DNA of 64,000 bases from Guyparkeria sp. (GTDB taxonomy: Bacteria > Pseudomonadota > Gammaproteobacteria > Halothiobacillales > Halothiobacillaceae), in NCBI GenBank assembly GCA_041690375.1, contig JAWLHL010000005.1, forward strand, positions 8,528-72,527, read 5' to 3'. Positions 1 to 9,918 of this stretch are shown one piece after another (position 1 is the first letter of the stretch; every line of letters starts with the position of its first letter). The translations under genes were made by a program, and so were the position numbers. The notes below the pieces were generated by a model, which did no database searches, was not told the DNA's origin, and saw only the letters and a list, made by a program, of their open reading frames with translations.

Positions 1-1812
1 GCTGCGGGCGTAGACGGTCTCGAAGGCGGGATGGCCGTGGAGCCGTTCCTCGACGCCCCGCACCAGGTCGTCGATCTCCCACACCGACAGATCGCCGCGG
101 GCCTGGATCTGGATCTGCGCGACGCTCGGCTCGACCTCGGGGAAGAAATCCACCCCGCGGCCAAGCTCGCCGTAGGCGACATACAAGGCGGCGGTGACCA
201 CGGCCACGATCCCCAGCGTCTGCGCCGGGTGGGCGACGGCCCGGCGCAGCAGGCCGACGTAGCGCGCCGTGGGGCCGTCGAGCCGGTCGAAATGCCCGGC
301 CTCCGCCGCCTGGATGTGCCGGACCTGCTCGGGCCGGCTGGCCCCCTGCCCCCGGGAGATCGCCGCGGCCAGCACCGGGATGAACACCAGCGCCATGGCC
401 AGCGACATCAGGAGGGTGACGATCACCGTGGCCGGCAGGTAGAACATGAACTCGCCGACCAGCCCCGGCCAGAAGAGCATCGGGAAGAACACCGCCAGCG
501 TCGTGGCCACGGAGGCCACGATCGGCCAGGCCATGCGCCGGGCGGCATCGAGGTAGGCCGCCCGCCCGCGCCCCTCGGCCAGGTAGCGGTCGGCCTGCTC
601 GATCACGACGATCGCCCCGTCGACCAGCATGCCCACCACCAGGATCAGGGCGAACAGCACCACGATGTTGAGCGTGAAGCCCATCAGGTACAGGACCAGC
701 ACCCCACCGAGGAACGCCCCGGGAATCGCCAGCCCCACCAGCCAGGACGACCGCCCGCCCAGGGCGAAGACGATGGTAAGCATGACCAGCAGGATGGCGG
801 TGATGACGTTGTTCTCGAGGTCCCCGAGCAGGTCGTCGATGTCCTCGGCGCTGTCCTGGAGATAGCGCACCTGGACGCCGCCGGGCCATTCGGCCCGGGC
901 CTGCTCGATGACCGCGCGGGCCTCTGCCACCGTGTCGAGGATGTTGGCCCCGGCGCGCTTGCGGATCTCCAGCGATACGGCCGGTTCACCGTCGATGCGG
1001 GCGAAGCCTTCCGGGTCCTTGAATGTCCGGCGGGCGTCGGCAACCTCCTCGAACGTCACCACGGTGCCGTCGACGGCGATCACCGGGAGCTCGAGCACGT
1101 CATCGACCGACTCGATCACCCCCGGCACCTTGATGTTCAGCCGCCCGGCCCCGGAATCCAGGGCACCGGCGGCCACCAGCTGGTTGTTGCGCTCGATCGC
1201 GCCGACGAGGTCGTTGAAGGGCAGTCGGTAGGTCTCCAGCGTGCGCGGATCGACCAGCACCTCGAGCAGGTCCTCGCGGTCGCCGCCGATCTCCACCTCG
1301 AGCACGCCCGGCAGCGCCTCGATCCGGTCGCGCAGGTCGCGGGCGATCTGCACCAGGGTCCGCTCCGGCGCCGACCCCGAGAGCGTGGCGATAAGCACCG
1401 GGAACATCGACAGGTCCACTTCGGTGACCACCGGCTCCTCGACACCCGGGGGAAGATCGGGACGGACCAGGTCCACCTCCTCGCGCACGTCGGCAAGGGC
1501 CCGGCGGTTGTCATAGCCGGGCTCGAAGTCCAGCCGGACCAGGGCGAAGCCCTCCCCGGCGCTCGCCTGCATCTCGTCGAGGCCCTCGATTCCCGCCAGC
1601 TCGCGCTCGAGCGGCCGGACCAGCAACCGCTCGCTGTCCTCGGGCGCGATGCCCGGGTAGGCGACGGTGACGAAGAAGGTGGGCACGTCGACGTCCGGGG
1701 CAGCTTCCTTGGCAATCTGCACGTAGGCCGTCCCGCCGGCGGCGAGCAGCGCCAGCAGCACCAGCAGGACGCTGCGCGAGCGGGCGAACAGCGCGGCGAG
1801 CAGGGCATTCAC
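1..1812 (-). CDS. RND efflux transporter permease (AcrB/AcrD/AcrF family), N-terminal part; runs off the window edge
   Basis: Not in the ORF track (no stop in window). Manual translation from GTG at 1812, which overlaps the MFP stop as GTGA, gives VNALLAALFARSRSVLLVLL...KEAAPDVDVPT and the TM4-like motif GMLVDGAIVVIE near 600-640 in the same frame. Confidence 0.9.
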   Translation of the reverse strand, partial: MNALLAALFARSRSVLLVLLALLAAGGTAYVQIAKEAAPDVDVPTFFVTVAYPGIAPEDSERLLVRPLERELAGIEGLDEMQASAGEGFALVRLDFEPGYDNRRALADVREEVDLVRPDLPPGVEEPVVTEVDLSMFPVLIATLSGSAPERTLVQIARDLRDRIEALPGVLEVEIGGDREDLLEVLVDPRTLETYRLPFNDLVGAIERNNQLVAAGALDSGAGRLNIKVPGVIESVDDVLELPVIAVDGTVVTFEEVADARRTFKDPEGFARIDGEPAVSLEIRKRAGANILDTVAEARAVIEQARAEWPGGVQVRYLQDSAEDIDDLLGDLENNVITAILLVMLTIVFALGGRSSWLVGLAIPGAFLGGVLVLYLMGFTLNIVVLFALILVVGMLVDGAIVVIEQADRYLAEGRGRAAYLDAARRMAWPIVASVATTLAVFFPMLFWPGLVGEFMFYLPATVIVTLLMSLAMALVFIPVLAAAISRGQGASRPEQVRHIQAAEAGHFDRLDGPTARYVGLLRRAVAHPAQTLGIVAVVTAALYVAYGELGRGVDFFPEVEPSVAQIQIQARGDLSVWEIDDLVRGVEERLHGHPAFETVYARS

Positions 1813-2891
1813 GAGGCCTCGTCCTCCCCTCGAGCCGCCACGATGCGATCCCCGTCACGCACGAACCCCTGTCCCAGCGAGATCAGCTGCACCTCGTCGG
1901 GCAGGCCGGTCACCCAGATCCTCTCCGCACTGGCGCGCACCGGCTTGATTGGCACGAAGCGGGCCCGCATGACGCCCTCCTTCGTCTCGGCGATCTTGAC
2001 CCCCAGTTCGCCCTGCTCGTCCTGCGAGATCAGGGCCGGCGAGATCGCATGCGCGCGCACCGTCTCCACCGGAATCTCCACGGTGACGCTCGTGCCGGCC
2101 GGCAGGTCGCGATCCGGGTTCGCCACCCGCACGCGGGCGAGAAAGGTGCGGGTCTGCTCGTCGGCGGTCGACGAGACGAAGGCCACGGGCCCGCGGCGCT
2201 CCTCGCCATCGAGGAAGATCACCCGGGCCTCGAGTCCCTCGGTCAGCTCGCTCACCCGGTGCTGCGGGACGTGCACCACGGCACGCAGGGGGTCGTTCTC
2301 CACGATCTCGGCCACCGGCTCGCCCGCGGCGACCACGTCCCCGCGGCGGGCGATCTGCCGGTCGAGCACCCCGCCGATCGGGGCCTCGATCCCCGTGCGC
2401 TCGATGTCCAGCTCGATCGCGGCCACGCGGGCCCGGGTCGCCTCCAGCTCGGCCAGGGCCCGCTCGGCCGCCAGCCGGGCCTGGAAGCCCTGGTCGGCCA
2501 GTCGCGCCGCGGCGTCGTAGTCGCCCTGCGCCCGGCGCTCGGCCGCCTGCGCCTCGCGCAGGCGCGCCTGCCGGTCGTCCATGGACAGACGGGCGATCAA
2601 TTGCCCGGACTCGACCACCTCGCCCTCCTCCACCGGCGTCTCGGCCACCTCGCCACCGGTCTTGGCGCGCACCCGCACGACCTGTTCGGGCTCGACGTGC
2701 CCCTGCAATCGCAGCAGCCGCTCGACCGGCTCCGCGCGACTGTCGGTCAGGCCGACCGTGACCGCCGTCGGACGCTCCGGCGGGCCGTCGTCGGCCGGTT
2801 CGCGCTCGCCGGTGATCACCCAGGCGAACAGCAGCAGCGCGGCGAGGACGACTCCCAGCCGACCGGCGTTGCGTGACATCCATTGCTTCAT
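1809..2891 (-). CDS. RND efflux periplasmic adaptor (membrane fusion protein)
   Basis: N-terminal TM anchor, lipoyl halves (VRAKTGGEV...VEEGEVVESGQLIARL; IEAPIGGVL), coiled hairpin; start trimmed to MKQW at 2891 because the longer ORF begins inside the MITE. Confidence 0.9.
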   Translation of the reverse strand: MKQWMSRNAGRLGVVLAALLLFAWVITGEREPADDGPPERPTAVTVGLTDSRAEPVERLLRLQGHVEPEQVVRVRAKTGGEVAETPVEEGEVVESGQLIARLSMDDRQARLREAQAAERRAQGDYDAAARLADQGFQARLAAERALAELEATRARVAAIELDIERTGIEAPIGGVLDRQIARRGDVVAAGEPVAEIVENDPLRAVVHVPQHRVSELTEGLEARVIFLDGEERRGPVAFVSSTADEQTRTFLARVRVANPDRDLPAGTSVTVEIPVETVRAHAISPALISQDEQGELGVKIAETKEGVMRARFVPIKPVRASAERIWVTGLPDEVQLISLGQGFVRDGDRIVAARGEDEAS

Positions 2892-2933
2892 CGTGCACAG
2901 GTCCTGCAGGCAGACCGCCCGGGGGCGGGTAAA

Positions 2934-3123
2934 GGAAACTCTGCACGAATGCCATGCCACTCTGGCCTGTCGAGCCGTTCGTGATCAAGACGCGACGTCG
3001 CCGGCGTGCCGGTGGCCACGTCAAGACGGCGCAACGCGGAGCATGGACGACCCGGAACGGCGTGCCAGTGGCAGGCCGCAGCCCGGAAAGCGCAGAGCGG
3101 TATGGCATTCGTGCAGACCTTCC
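2934..3123. mobile_element. 190-bp MITE-like element with IS5-like termini (copy A)
   Basis: 31-bp terminal inverted repeats 2934-2964 / 3093-3123 (27/31 match; GGAAACTCTGCACGAATGCCAT vs GGAAGGTCTGCACGAATGCCAT); TAAA at 2930-2933 and 3125-3128 is a possible TSD with a 1-bp offset; non-coding. Confidence 0.8.
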
Positions 3124-3165
3124 CTAAAGAAACTCGGTCCATCATCCGCTTCCTTCCATCACCCC

Positions 3166-5874
3166 TCAATCCCACGATCGTGACAGGCGTCTGCCGACCA
3201 GCTTGTAGCCTTCCATCAGGACGAACGAGACAAGCCCTACCGCGAGAATCAGCAGGCCGTCGGTGACGGAGACCGATTCGGTCTCGAACACCCGCTGCAT
3301 GGCCGGCAGGTAGGTGATCAGCAGCTGGGCCGCCGTCACGGCGATCACCGCCAGCCAGACCGGCCGCGTGGCGCGGACGAGGTCGAGACGGAGCGTCGAC
3401 TCGTGCAGCCCGCGGATGAAGAACAGCTGGGCGATCTCGAGCACCACCAGGGTGTTCATCGCCATGGTGCGGGCGAGTTCCAGCGAGTAGCCCTGGGCGA
3501 TCGCGTACTGGTAGACGCCGAAGACCGACCCGACGAACAACGCCGCCATCACCGCGATGTAGATCATCCAGCCGCCCGATAGCACCGCCTCGTTGCGCGG
3601 TCTCGGCGGGCGCCTCATCACGCCCGACTCGCTCGGCTCGAAGGCCAGCGCCAGACCGAGCGTGGTCGCCGTGACCAGGTTGATCCAGAGGATCTGGATC
3701 GGCGTGATCGGCAGGGTCATGCCGGCGAGCAGCGCGACCACGATGGTCATCGCTTCGCCGGCATTGGTCGGCAACGTCCAGCTGATCACCTTCTTGACGT
3801 TGTCGTAGACCGTCCGCCCCTCGCGAATGCCCGCGACGATCGAGGCGAAGTTGTCGTCGGCCAGCACCACGTCCGCCGCCTCCTTTGCCGCCTCGCTGCC
3901 CCGCTGTCCCATGGCGATGCCGGCGTCCGCCCGCTTGAGCGCGGGGGCGTCGTTCACCCCGTCCCCGGTCATCGCGACGCTGTGGCCGAGGGCCTGCAGC
4001 GCCTCGACCAGCCGCAGCTTGTGCTCCGGACCGGTGCGGGCGTAGACGTCGACGTCGAGCACCCGCCGGCGCAGCGCCTCGTCGTCCATCGCCTCGATCT
4101 CCTCGCCCGTCAGTGCCTCGTCGGGGTGCTCCAGTCCGATCCGGGCGGCGATCGCACTGGCGGTGCCGAGGTGGTCGCCGGTGATCATCTTGACGCGAAT
4201 GCCCGCCTGCCGGCACTCGGCGACCGCCTCGGGCACCTCCTCGCGCGGCGGATCGGACAGGCCGACCATGCCGAGAAAGACCAGGCCGGACTCGACGTCG
4301 CGGCGCTCGAGCACGGTGTGCTCGGGTTCCACCGGACGGACGGCCAGCGCGAGCATGCGGTGGCCCCGCGAGGCGAGGTCATGGGCCCGCTCCCGCCAGC
4401 GCTCGGTGTCGATCGCCCGGGTCTCCCCGTCGGGGGTCCGTTCCCGATCGCACATGTCGAAAAGCCGTTCCGGCGCGCCCTTGACGAACAGGCGGGCGTG
4501 CCCCTCGTGATCGTGGTCGAGGGTCGCCATGAAACGGTGCTCGGCATCGAAGGGGATGGCGTCACTGCGATGCCAGCGATCTCGCTCGGCCTCGATATCC
4601 AGCCCCACCCGACCGGCGAAGGCGATCAGGGCTCCCTCCATCGGATCGCCCTCGACGCGCCACTCCTCGTCCTTCCGGTCGAGACCGGCGTCGTTGCACA
4701 GCAGCCCGGCGCGCGCCAGCTCCCGCAACAGCTCGTAGTCGTCTTCCTCCACGGGTCGCTCGTCGCGCAAGACCTGCCCGACCGGCGAGTAACCCTCGCC
4801 CTCGACCGTGAATTCCGACTCGGCTGACGCGACCACGGTCACGGCCATCTCGTTGCGTGTCAGGGTGCCGGTCTTGTCGGTGCAGATCACGGAGACCGAG
4901 CCGACCGTCTCGATGGCCGGCAGGCGCCGCACGATGGTCTGGCGCCGGGCCATGGCCTGCACGCCGATCGCCAGCGTGATGGTGAGCACGGCCGGCAGTC
5001 CCTCGGGGATGGCCGCCACCGAGAGGCCGACCACGGCGATGAACAGCTCCTCGAAGGCCATCTCGCGCCAGAAGACCCCCAGCAGGAGGATCATCGCCGC
5101 GATCGCCAGTATCACCGCGGTGAGCCAGCGGCCGAACCGGTCCATCTGCTCGACCAGCGGCGTGGTCAGCGACTCCACCTCCGAGAGCAGCCCGGAAATG
5201 CGACCGATCTCGGTCGCCTCGCCGATCGCCACGACCACCCCGCGCCCCTGCCCGCTGGTGACCAGCGTGCCACTGAAGGCCATCGAGCGACGATCGGCGA
5301 CCCCGGCATCGGGCTCGACCGGGTCGTCCCTCTTCTCCACCGCCACGGACTCCCCGGTCAGGATCGCTTCCTGGACATGCAGGTTGTGGCCGCGGAGGAT
5401 GCGCAGGTCGGCCGGCACCCGGTCGCCGGCTTCCAGCAGCACGATATCGCCCGGAACCAGTTCCTCTGCCGGCACGGCCTGGCGCCGACCGTCCCGGATC
5501 ACCCCGGCCTTGAGCGCCAGCATGCGTCGAATGGCGCCCATCGCCTGCTCGGCGCGCCCCTCCTGGACGAAGCCGATCACGGCATTGGCCACCACCACCG
5601 CAAGGATCACGGCGGTATCGATCCAGTGCGCCATCAACGCCGTTACCACGGAGGCGCCCAGCAGGACGTAGATCAGGATGTTGTGGAACTGCCGCAGCAG
5701 GCGGCGCCAGGCGGCCGGCCTGGCGGGTTCGGGCAGCTGGTTGGGACCGTGCTCGGCCCGGCGCGACTCCACCTCGTCACCGTCGAGGCCCTCGGAGCGC
5801 GAGCCGAGCGCCTCCAGCACCGATTCCGGCCGCTGGGCATGCCACGCTTCGACAGGTTTCGATTCGTCGGTCAT
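3166..5874 (-). CDS. Cation-transporting P-type ATPase (P-II, Ca2+/Na+-like)
   Basis: TGES, PEGLP, phosphorylation motif DKTGTLT, KGAPE, DPPR, TGDGVNDAPALK; 902 aa with multi-TM layout. Confidence 0.95.
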   Translation of the reverse strand: MTDESKPVEAWHAQRPESVLEALGSRSEGLDGDEVESRRAEHGPNQLPEPARPAAWRRLLRQFHNILIYVLLGASVVTALMAHWIDTAVILAVVVANAVIGFVQEGRAEQAMGAIRRMLALKAGVIRDGRRQAVPAEELVPGDIVLLEAGDRVPADLRILRGHNLHVQEAILTGESVAVEKRDDPVEPDAGVADRRSMAFSGTLVTSGQGRGVVVAIGEATEIGRISGLLSEVESLTTPLVEQMDRFGRWLTAVILAIAAMILLLGVFWREMAFEELFIAVVGLSVAAIPEGLPAVLTITLAIGVQAMARRQTIVRRLPAIETVGSVSVICTDKTGTLTRNEMAVTVVASAESEFTVEGEGYSPVGQVLRDERPVEEDDYELLRELARAGLLCNDAGLDRKDEEWRVEGDPMEGALIAFAGRVGLDIEAERDRWHRSDAIPFDAEHRFMATLDHDHEGHARLFVKGAPERLFDMCDRERTPDGETRAIDTERWRERAHDLASRGHRMLALAVRPVEPEHTVLERRDVESGLVFLGMVGLSDPPREEVPEAVAECRQAGIRVKMITGDHLGTASAIAARIGLEHPDEALTGEEIEAMDDEALRRRVLDVDVYARTGPEHKLRLVEALQALGHSVAMTGDGVNDAPALKRADAGIAMGQRGSEAAKEAADVVLADDNFASIVAGIREGRTVYDNVKKVISWTLPTNAGEAMTIVVALLAGMTLPITPIQILWINLVTATTLGLALAFEPSESGVMRRPPRPRNEAVLSGGWMIYIAVMAALFVGSVFGVYQYAIAQGYSLELARTMAMNTLVVLEIAQLFFIRGLHESTLRLDLVRATRPVWLAVIAVTAAQLLITYLPAMQRVFETESVSVTDGLLILAVGLVSFVLMEGYKLVGRRLSRSWD

Positions 5875-5957
5875 GACCTGGCCCCGAAAAGCCCCTCAGG
5901 CTGGGATGGAATAGCGGACGGCGGGACGCACGCGCGCGCCGCCACCATCGAGTCTAG

Positions 5958-6068
5958 GGGAACTATGTACGAATACCATGCCGCTCTGGCCAGGCGAGCC
6001 GTCCGTGATCAAGGCGCGTCGCCACCGGCGTGGCCCGTGGCATGCCGCAGCCCGGGAAGCGCCGAGCG
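5958..6068. mobile_element. Decayed, internally deleted copy of MITE A (copy B)
   Basis: 5958-6032 aligns without gaps to 2934-3008 (63/75 by manual count); 6033-6068 aligns to about 3065-3099; right TIR end missing; preceded by CTAG (5954-5957). Confidence 0.8.
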
Positions 6069-6103
6069 ATGCGCGGCCGGAACGGATCGCCACACCCGCC
6101 CGG

Positions 6104-6577
6104 TCAGAGCTGGCGGGAATCGGCGGCGGCTTCGTCCATGGCGCGGTTGGCCAGCTGGTCGGCGCGCTCGTTCTCGGGATGGCCGACGTGCCCGCGGGTC
6201 CAGTGCCAGTGCACGTCGTGCCGGCCGGCCGCCTGCTCGAGCCGCCGCCAGAGATCCGCGTTCTTGACCGGCTTGCCGGCAGCCGTGCGCCAGTTGCGCC
6301 GGCGCCAGTTGTGGATCCACTCGGTGATGCCCTGTCGGACATACTGCGAATCGGTGGTCAGGTGCACCTCGCAGGGCTCCTTGAGGGCCTCGAGCGCCTC
6401 GATCGCCGCGGTGAGTTCCATGCGGTTGTTGGTGGTCTCGGTGTCCGCGCCCCAGAGATCGCGCTCGTGCTTGCCGAAGCGCAGTACCGCCCCCCAGCCG
6501 CCGGGGCCGGGATTGCCCCGGCAGCCGCCGTCGGTCCAGGCGTGAACCACCTTGCGCTTGCCCGCCTCATCGCCCAT
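6104..6577 (-). CDS. rnhA: Ribonuclease HI
   Basis: [51 protein letters not shown]. Confidence 0.97.
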   Translation of the reverse strand: MGDEAGKRKVVHAWTDGGCRGNPGPGGWGAVLRFGKHERDLWGADTETTNNRMELTAAIEALEALKEPCEVHLTTDSQYVRQGITEWIHNWRRRNWRTAAGKPVKNADLWRRLEQAAGRHDVHWHWTRGHVGHPENERADQLANRAMDEAAADSRQL

Positions 6578-7406
6578 CGCGTCGTCCTGTTTCCTGTCGT
6601 CGTGGTTTCGATTCGTTCCTCGTGGCCGCTGCAACGTGCGAGCGCATGCCGGCGACCTCGCCGCGTACCGGCCTGCCCACCAGCGAAGGCAGGCGGAAGG
6701 CCGCCTTCGGGCGGGCCGGCCTGGACACCCGCCGGGTCGCGTCGATCAGGTAGAAGCCGTGCAGGAACCAGGCCCACTCGGCGCTCCAGCGGCGCAGACG
6801 CGCGCAGCGGGCATACATGCTCGACCGACACCATGGCCCCACCCCGCCCACGGGTTCGATCGCCTCGATGCGGTACCCCAGAAGCCGCAGCCAGTCGACC
6901 ACCCGCCAGGCCGGGTGGTGGCTCCCGGCCGCCAGCGGCGCGTGGCAGCCGGGCCAGAAGCGCGAGCGCAGGTGCAGCAGGCTGGCCGGGTTGACCCCGA
7001 CCAGCATCAGGCGGCCCTCGGGACGCAGGCTGCGATCGATCTCGCGCAGGATCTCGTGGGGATTGCTCCGGTCCTCGAGCACGTGCAGCGCGATCACCAG
7101 GTCGGCCGCCTCGCTCTCGATGGGCAGGGCGTCGAAGTCGACCGGCAACAACGGCCCGGGATTCCCTCCCGGGGGGCCGGCTTGGACCACGTGACCGATG
7201 CGCAACCGGCTGTTCCAGTCGAACCGTTCGTGCAGTTCCCGGCCCGCCTGGCCCAGCACCAGGGCATGGTAGCCGAAGGCCATCTGCGCCCGCTCGGTCA
7301 ACGCCTCCATCAGCTCGGCGGCCACCAGACGCCCGACCGGTGTGCGATACCAGTCGGCCGCGATGATGCTCGCGGCGAGTCGGTCTGGGACATCCGGTCT
7401 GCTCAA
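6567..7406 (-). CDS. Class I SAM-dependent methyltransferase (YafS-like)
   Basis: WYRTPVG...[27 protein letters not shown]...[18 protein letters not shown]; conserved position upstream of rnhA; TTG start uncertain. Confidence 0.85.
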   Translation of the reverse strand: MSRPDVPDRLAASIIAADWYRTPVGRLVAAELMEALTERAQMAFGYHALVLGQAGRELHERFDWNSRLRIGHVVQAGPPGGNPGPLLPVDFDALPIESEAADLVIALHVLEDRSNPHEILREIDRSLRPEGRLMLVGVNPASLLHLRSRFWPGCHAPLAAGSHHPAWRVVDWLRLLGYRIEAIEPVGGVGPWCRSSMYARCARLRRWSAEWAWFLHGFYLIDATRRVSRPARPKAAFRLPSLVGRPVRGEVAGMRSHVAAATRNESKPRRQETGRRDGR

Positions 7407-7437
7407 GGCGTCCTCCTGGAAAAACGGTCCGGTCTCG

Positions 7438-8655
7438 TCAGGCGGCGGACTCGGCCGCGGCGGGCGTCCACCGGATCACCCGACGACAGGCCAGCATGAT
7501 GACCAGGGCCAGCAGGCTGGCCGCCGTCATCGCGGCAAAGGCCATGCCGGGCTCCACTCTACCCCAGAGCAGTCCGGCGAGGTACAGCCCGAGAGCCGCG
7601 CCGCCCCCGTAGCTGGCCGCCGAGAGGATTGCCTGCCCGCGCGCATGGGACCGCCCGGGGAACTGGTGATCGATCACCCAGATGCCCACGGCATGAGTCA
7701 TGCCGAAGCTCGCGGCGTGGAGGAGCTGGGCGAACAGCAGCCAGCCGATCACGTCGGCCTGGAAGCCGATCAGCAGCCAGCGCACGGCCATCAGGGCGAT
7801 GGCGACCAGCAGGAGGCCGAGAGGGGCGAAGCGGTTGCGGATCCCGGGCAGCAGGAAGAAGAGCACGATCTCGGCGACCACGCCCAACGCCCACAGCAGC
7901 CCGATGGCCGTGGCCGAGTAGCCCAGGTCGGCCAGGTGAACGGAGAAGAAGGCGTAGTAGACGCCGTGAGCCAGGTTGATCAGGAAGGAACCGGCGAAAA
8001 AGCCCAGCATGGCCGGTTCCTTCAGGCGCGCCCGGATCGAGACCGGCACGGCATTGCCCTGCTCCGGCACCCCCGGCTCGGGCACGCGCAGGAGCACGAC
8101 TACAAGCAGGACCAGGGTCGCGGCCATCATCCACGGCACCCAGTCGATCCCCACCGCATCGATCAATGCCCCCAGCCCGACCGAGGCGACGATGAAGCCG
8201 ATCGAGCCCCAGGCGCGCAGCGCCGGGTAGCGTTGCGGCTCGGGGCCGGTCAGCCGCAGCGCCGCCACGTCCATCTGCGAGAGCAGCGGCTGCCAGAAGA
8301 AACCGAACACCAGCAGCAGCGCCATCCAGCCGAGCAGGCCGGCATCGACGGCCCCCAGCAGCCCCAGTCCGACGGCCAGCAGCGCGGAGATGCCCGCGGC
8401 CATGGCCAGCCAGGCGATCACCCGTCCGCTGTGGTCGACCAGCCAGCCGAGCAGCGGCGGGGCGACGAGCTTGGCGGCCATCACCATCGCCAGCAGCACA
8501 CCGACCGTGTCGGGGCCGAAGCCCTGCTCGATCAGGTAGGGGCTGAAGTACGGCAGGTAGATGCCCAGCCCGAGGAAGAAGGCGAAATAGCCCAGCCGGA
8601 TCGGGTTGAGCCCCGGCAGCCGGGTGGAGGCCGTTCCTCGCCGCTCGGGGCTCAT
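7438..8655 (-). CDS. MFS transporter (HcaT/MFS_1-like)
   Basis: About 12 hydrophobic segments, [30 protein letters not shown]; commonly found downstream of aroC. Confidence 0.88.
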   Translation of the reverse strand: MSPERRGTASTRLPGLNPIRLGYFAFFLGLGIYLPYFSPYLIEQGFGPDTVGVLLAMVMAAKLVAPPLLGWLVDHSGRVIAWLAMAAGISALLAVGLGLLGAVDAGLLGWMALLLVFGFFWQPLLSQMDVAALRLTGPEPQRYPALRAWGSIGFIVASVGLGALIDAVGIDWVPWMMAATLVLLVVVLLRVPEPGVPEQGNAVPVSIRARLKEPAMLGFFAGSFLINLAHGVYYAFFSVHLADLGYSATAIGLLWALGVVAEIVLFFLLPGIRNRFAPLGLLLVAIALMAVRWLLIGFQADVIGWLLFAQLLHAASFGMTHAVGIWVIDHQFPGRSHARGQAILSAASYGGGAALGLYLAGLLWGRVEPGMAFAAMTAASLLALVIMLACRRVIRWTPAAAESAA

Positions 8656-9770
8656 TCGCCGGGCGTGGACTTACCGGCCGGGATCACCGGCGTACCGGTT
8701 TCGACGTCGCCACACTGGCCGCGGTGGCGCAGGGCGTGGTCCATGAGGGTCAGGGCCAGCATCGCCTCGGCGATGGGCGTGGCGCGGATGCCCACGCAGG
8801 GGTCGTGCCGACCGGTGGTCACCACCTCGGTGGCCTGGCCGTGCACGTCGACGCTCTGGCCCGCAAGGCGGATGCTGGAGGTGGGCTTGAGCGCCAGGTG
8901 CGCGACGATGTCCTGGCCGCTGGAGATCCCGCCGAGCACGCCGCCGGCGTGGTTGGAGAGAAAGCCCTGCGGGGTGATCTCGTCGCGGAACTCGGTGCCC
9001 CGGGCGGCGACGCAGTCGAAACCGTCACCGATCTCGACCCCCTTGACCGCGTTGATGCCCATCAGCGCGTGCGCGATGTCGGCGTCGAGGCGATCGAACA
9101 CCGGCTCGCCCCAGCCCGGCGGGCAACCCTCGGCCCGCACGGTGACCTTCGCCCCGACCGAATCGCCCGAGCGGCGCAGCTCGTCCATGAAGGTCTCGAG
9201 TTCGGCCACCTGCGCGGCGCAGGGCCAGAAGAACGGGTTCTCGCCGACCGTCGCCCAGTCGAAGCAGCCGTCGTTGAGGACGATGGGACCCAACTGGGAA
9301 AGGTGCCCGCGCACCATGACGCCATGCCTCTCGGCCAGCCACTTCTTGGCAATCGCGCCGGCCGCCACCCGCATGGCCGTCTCGCGCGCCGAGGAGCGCC
9401 CGCCGCCGCGGTAGTCCCTCACGCCGTATTTCTGCCGGTAGCTGTAGTCGGCGTGCCCGGGGCGGAACTGCTCGGCGATCTTCGAGTAGTCCTTGGACCG
9501 CTGGTCGACGTTCTCGATCAGCAGCCCGATGGGCGTGCCGGTGGTCTCGCCCTCGAACACGCCGGAGAGGATCCGCACCCGGTCGGGTTCGCGCCGCTGG
9601 GTGGTATGCCGGGAGGTGCCGGGGCGACGACGGTCCAGGTCGGCCTGCAGGTCTTCCTCGGAGAGTTTCAGCCCCGGGGGACAGCCGTCGACGATCGCGC
9701 CCAGCGCCTCGCCGTGCGACTCGCCGAAGGTGGTGACGCGAAACAGCGTACCGAAGGTATTACCCGCCAT
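8652..9770 (-). CDS. aroC: Chorismate synthase
   Basis: MAGNTFG...[33 protein letters not shown]. Confidence 0.98.
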   Translation of the reverse strand: MAGNTFGTLFRVTTFGESHGEALGAIVDGCPPGLKLSEEDLQADLDRRRPGTSRHTTQRREPDRVRILSGVFEGETTGTPIGLLIENVDQRSKDYSKIAEQFRPGHADYSYRQKYGVRDYRGGGRSSARETAMRVAAGAIAKKWLAERHGVMVRGHLSQLGPIVLNDGCFDWATVGENPFFWPCAAQVAELETFMDELRRSGDSVGAKVTVRAEGCPPGWGEPVFDRLDADIAHALMGINAVKGVEIGDGFDCVAARGTEFRDEITPQGFLSNHAGGVLGGISSGQDIVAHLALKPTSSIRLAGQSVDVHGQATEVVTTGRHDPCVGIRATPIAEAMLALTLMDHALRHRGQCGDVETGTPVIPAGKSTPGE

Positions 9771-9839
9771 AGATCCAACCTGACCGAATGTATAGAACGT
9801 GAACGCGCCGGGCGGCTGGGCAGGACCAGCCGCCCGGCA

Positions 9840-9883
9840 TGGTAGAATCGAGCGCCGTCGTCGGCGACGACTGCCCAGTATAC
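9840..9883. promoter_or_regulatory. Candidate overlapping divergent sigma70 -10 elements for the ligase (+) and aroC (-)
   Basis: TGGTAGAAT (extended -10) on + at 9840-9848; TATACT on - at 9878-9883. Confidence 0.4.
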
Positions 9884-9918
9884 CTGCCCGCTCCGGGCAC
9901 TGCCCACGAATACCCGCC

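Noticed and set aside
31-2520. 829-aa plus-strand ORF
   Set aside because: Antisense shadow of the RND permease and MFP; no motifs, typical high-GC artefact.
2934-3123. CRISPR array or integron attC interpretation of the repeats
   Set aside because: No regular repeat-spacer period, no cas or intI gene, no RYYYAAC/GTTRRRY ends; TIR plus TSD fits a MITE better.
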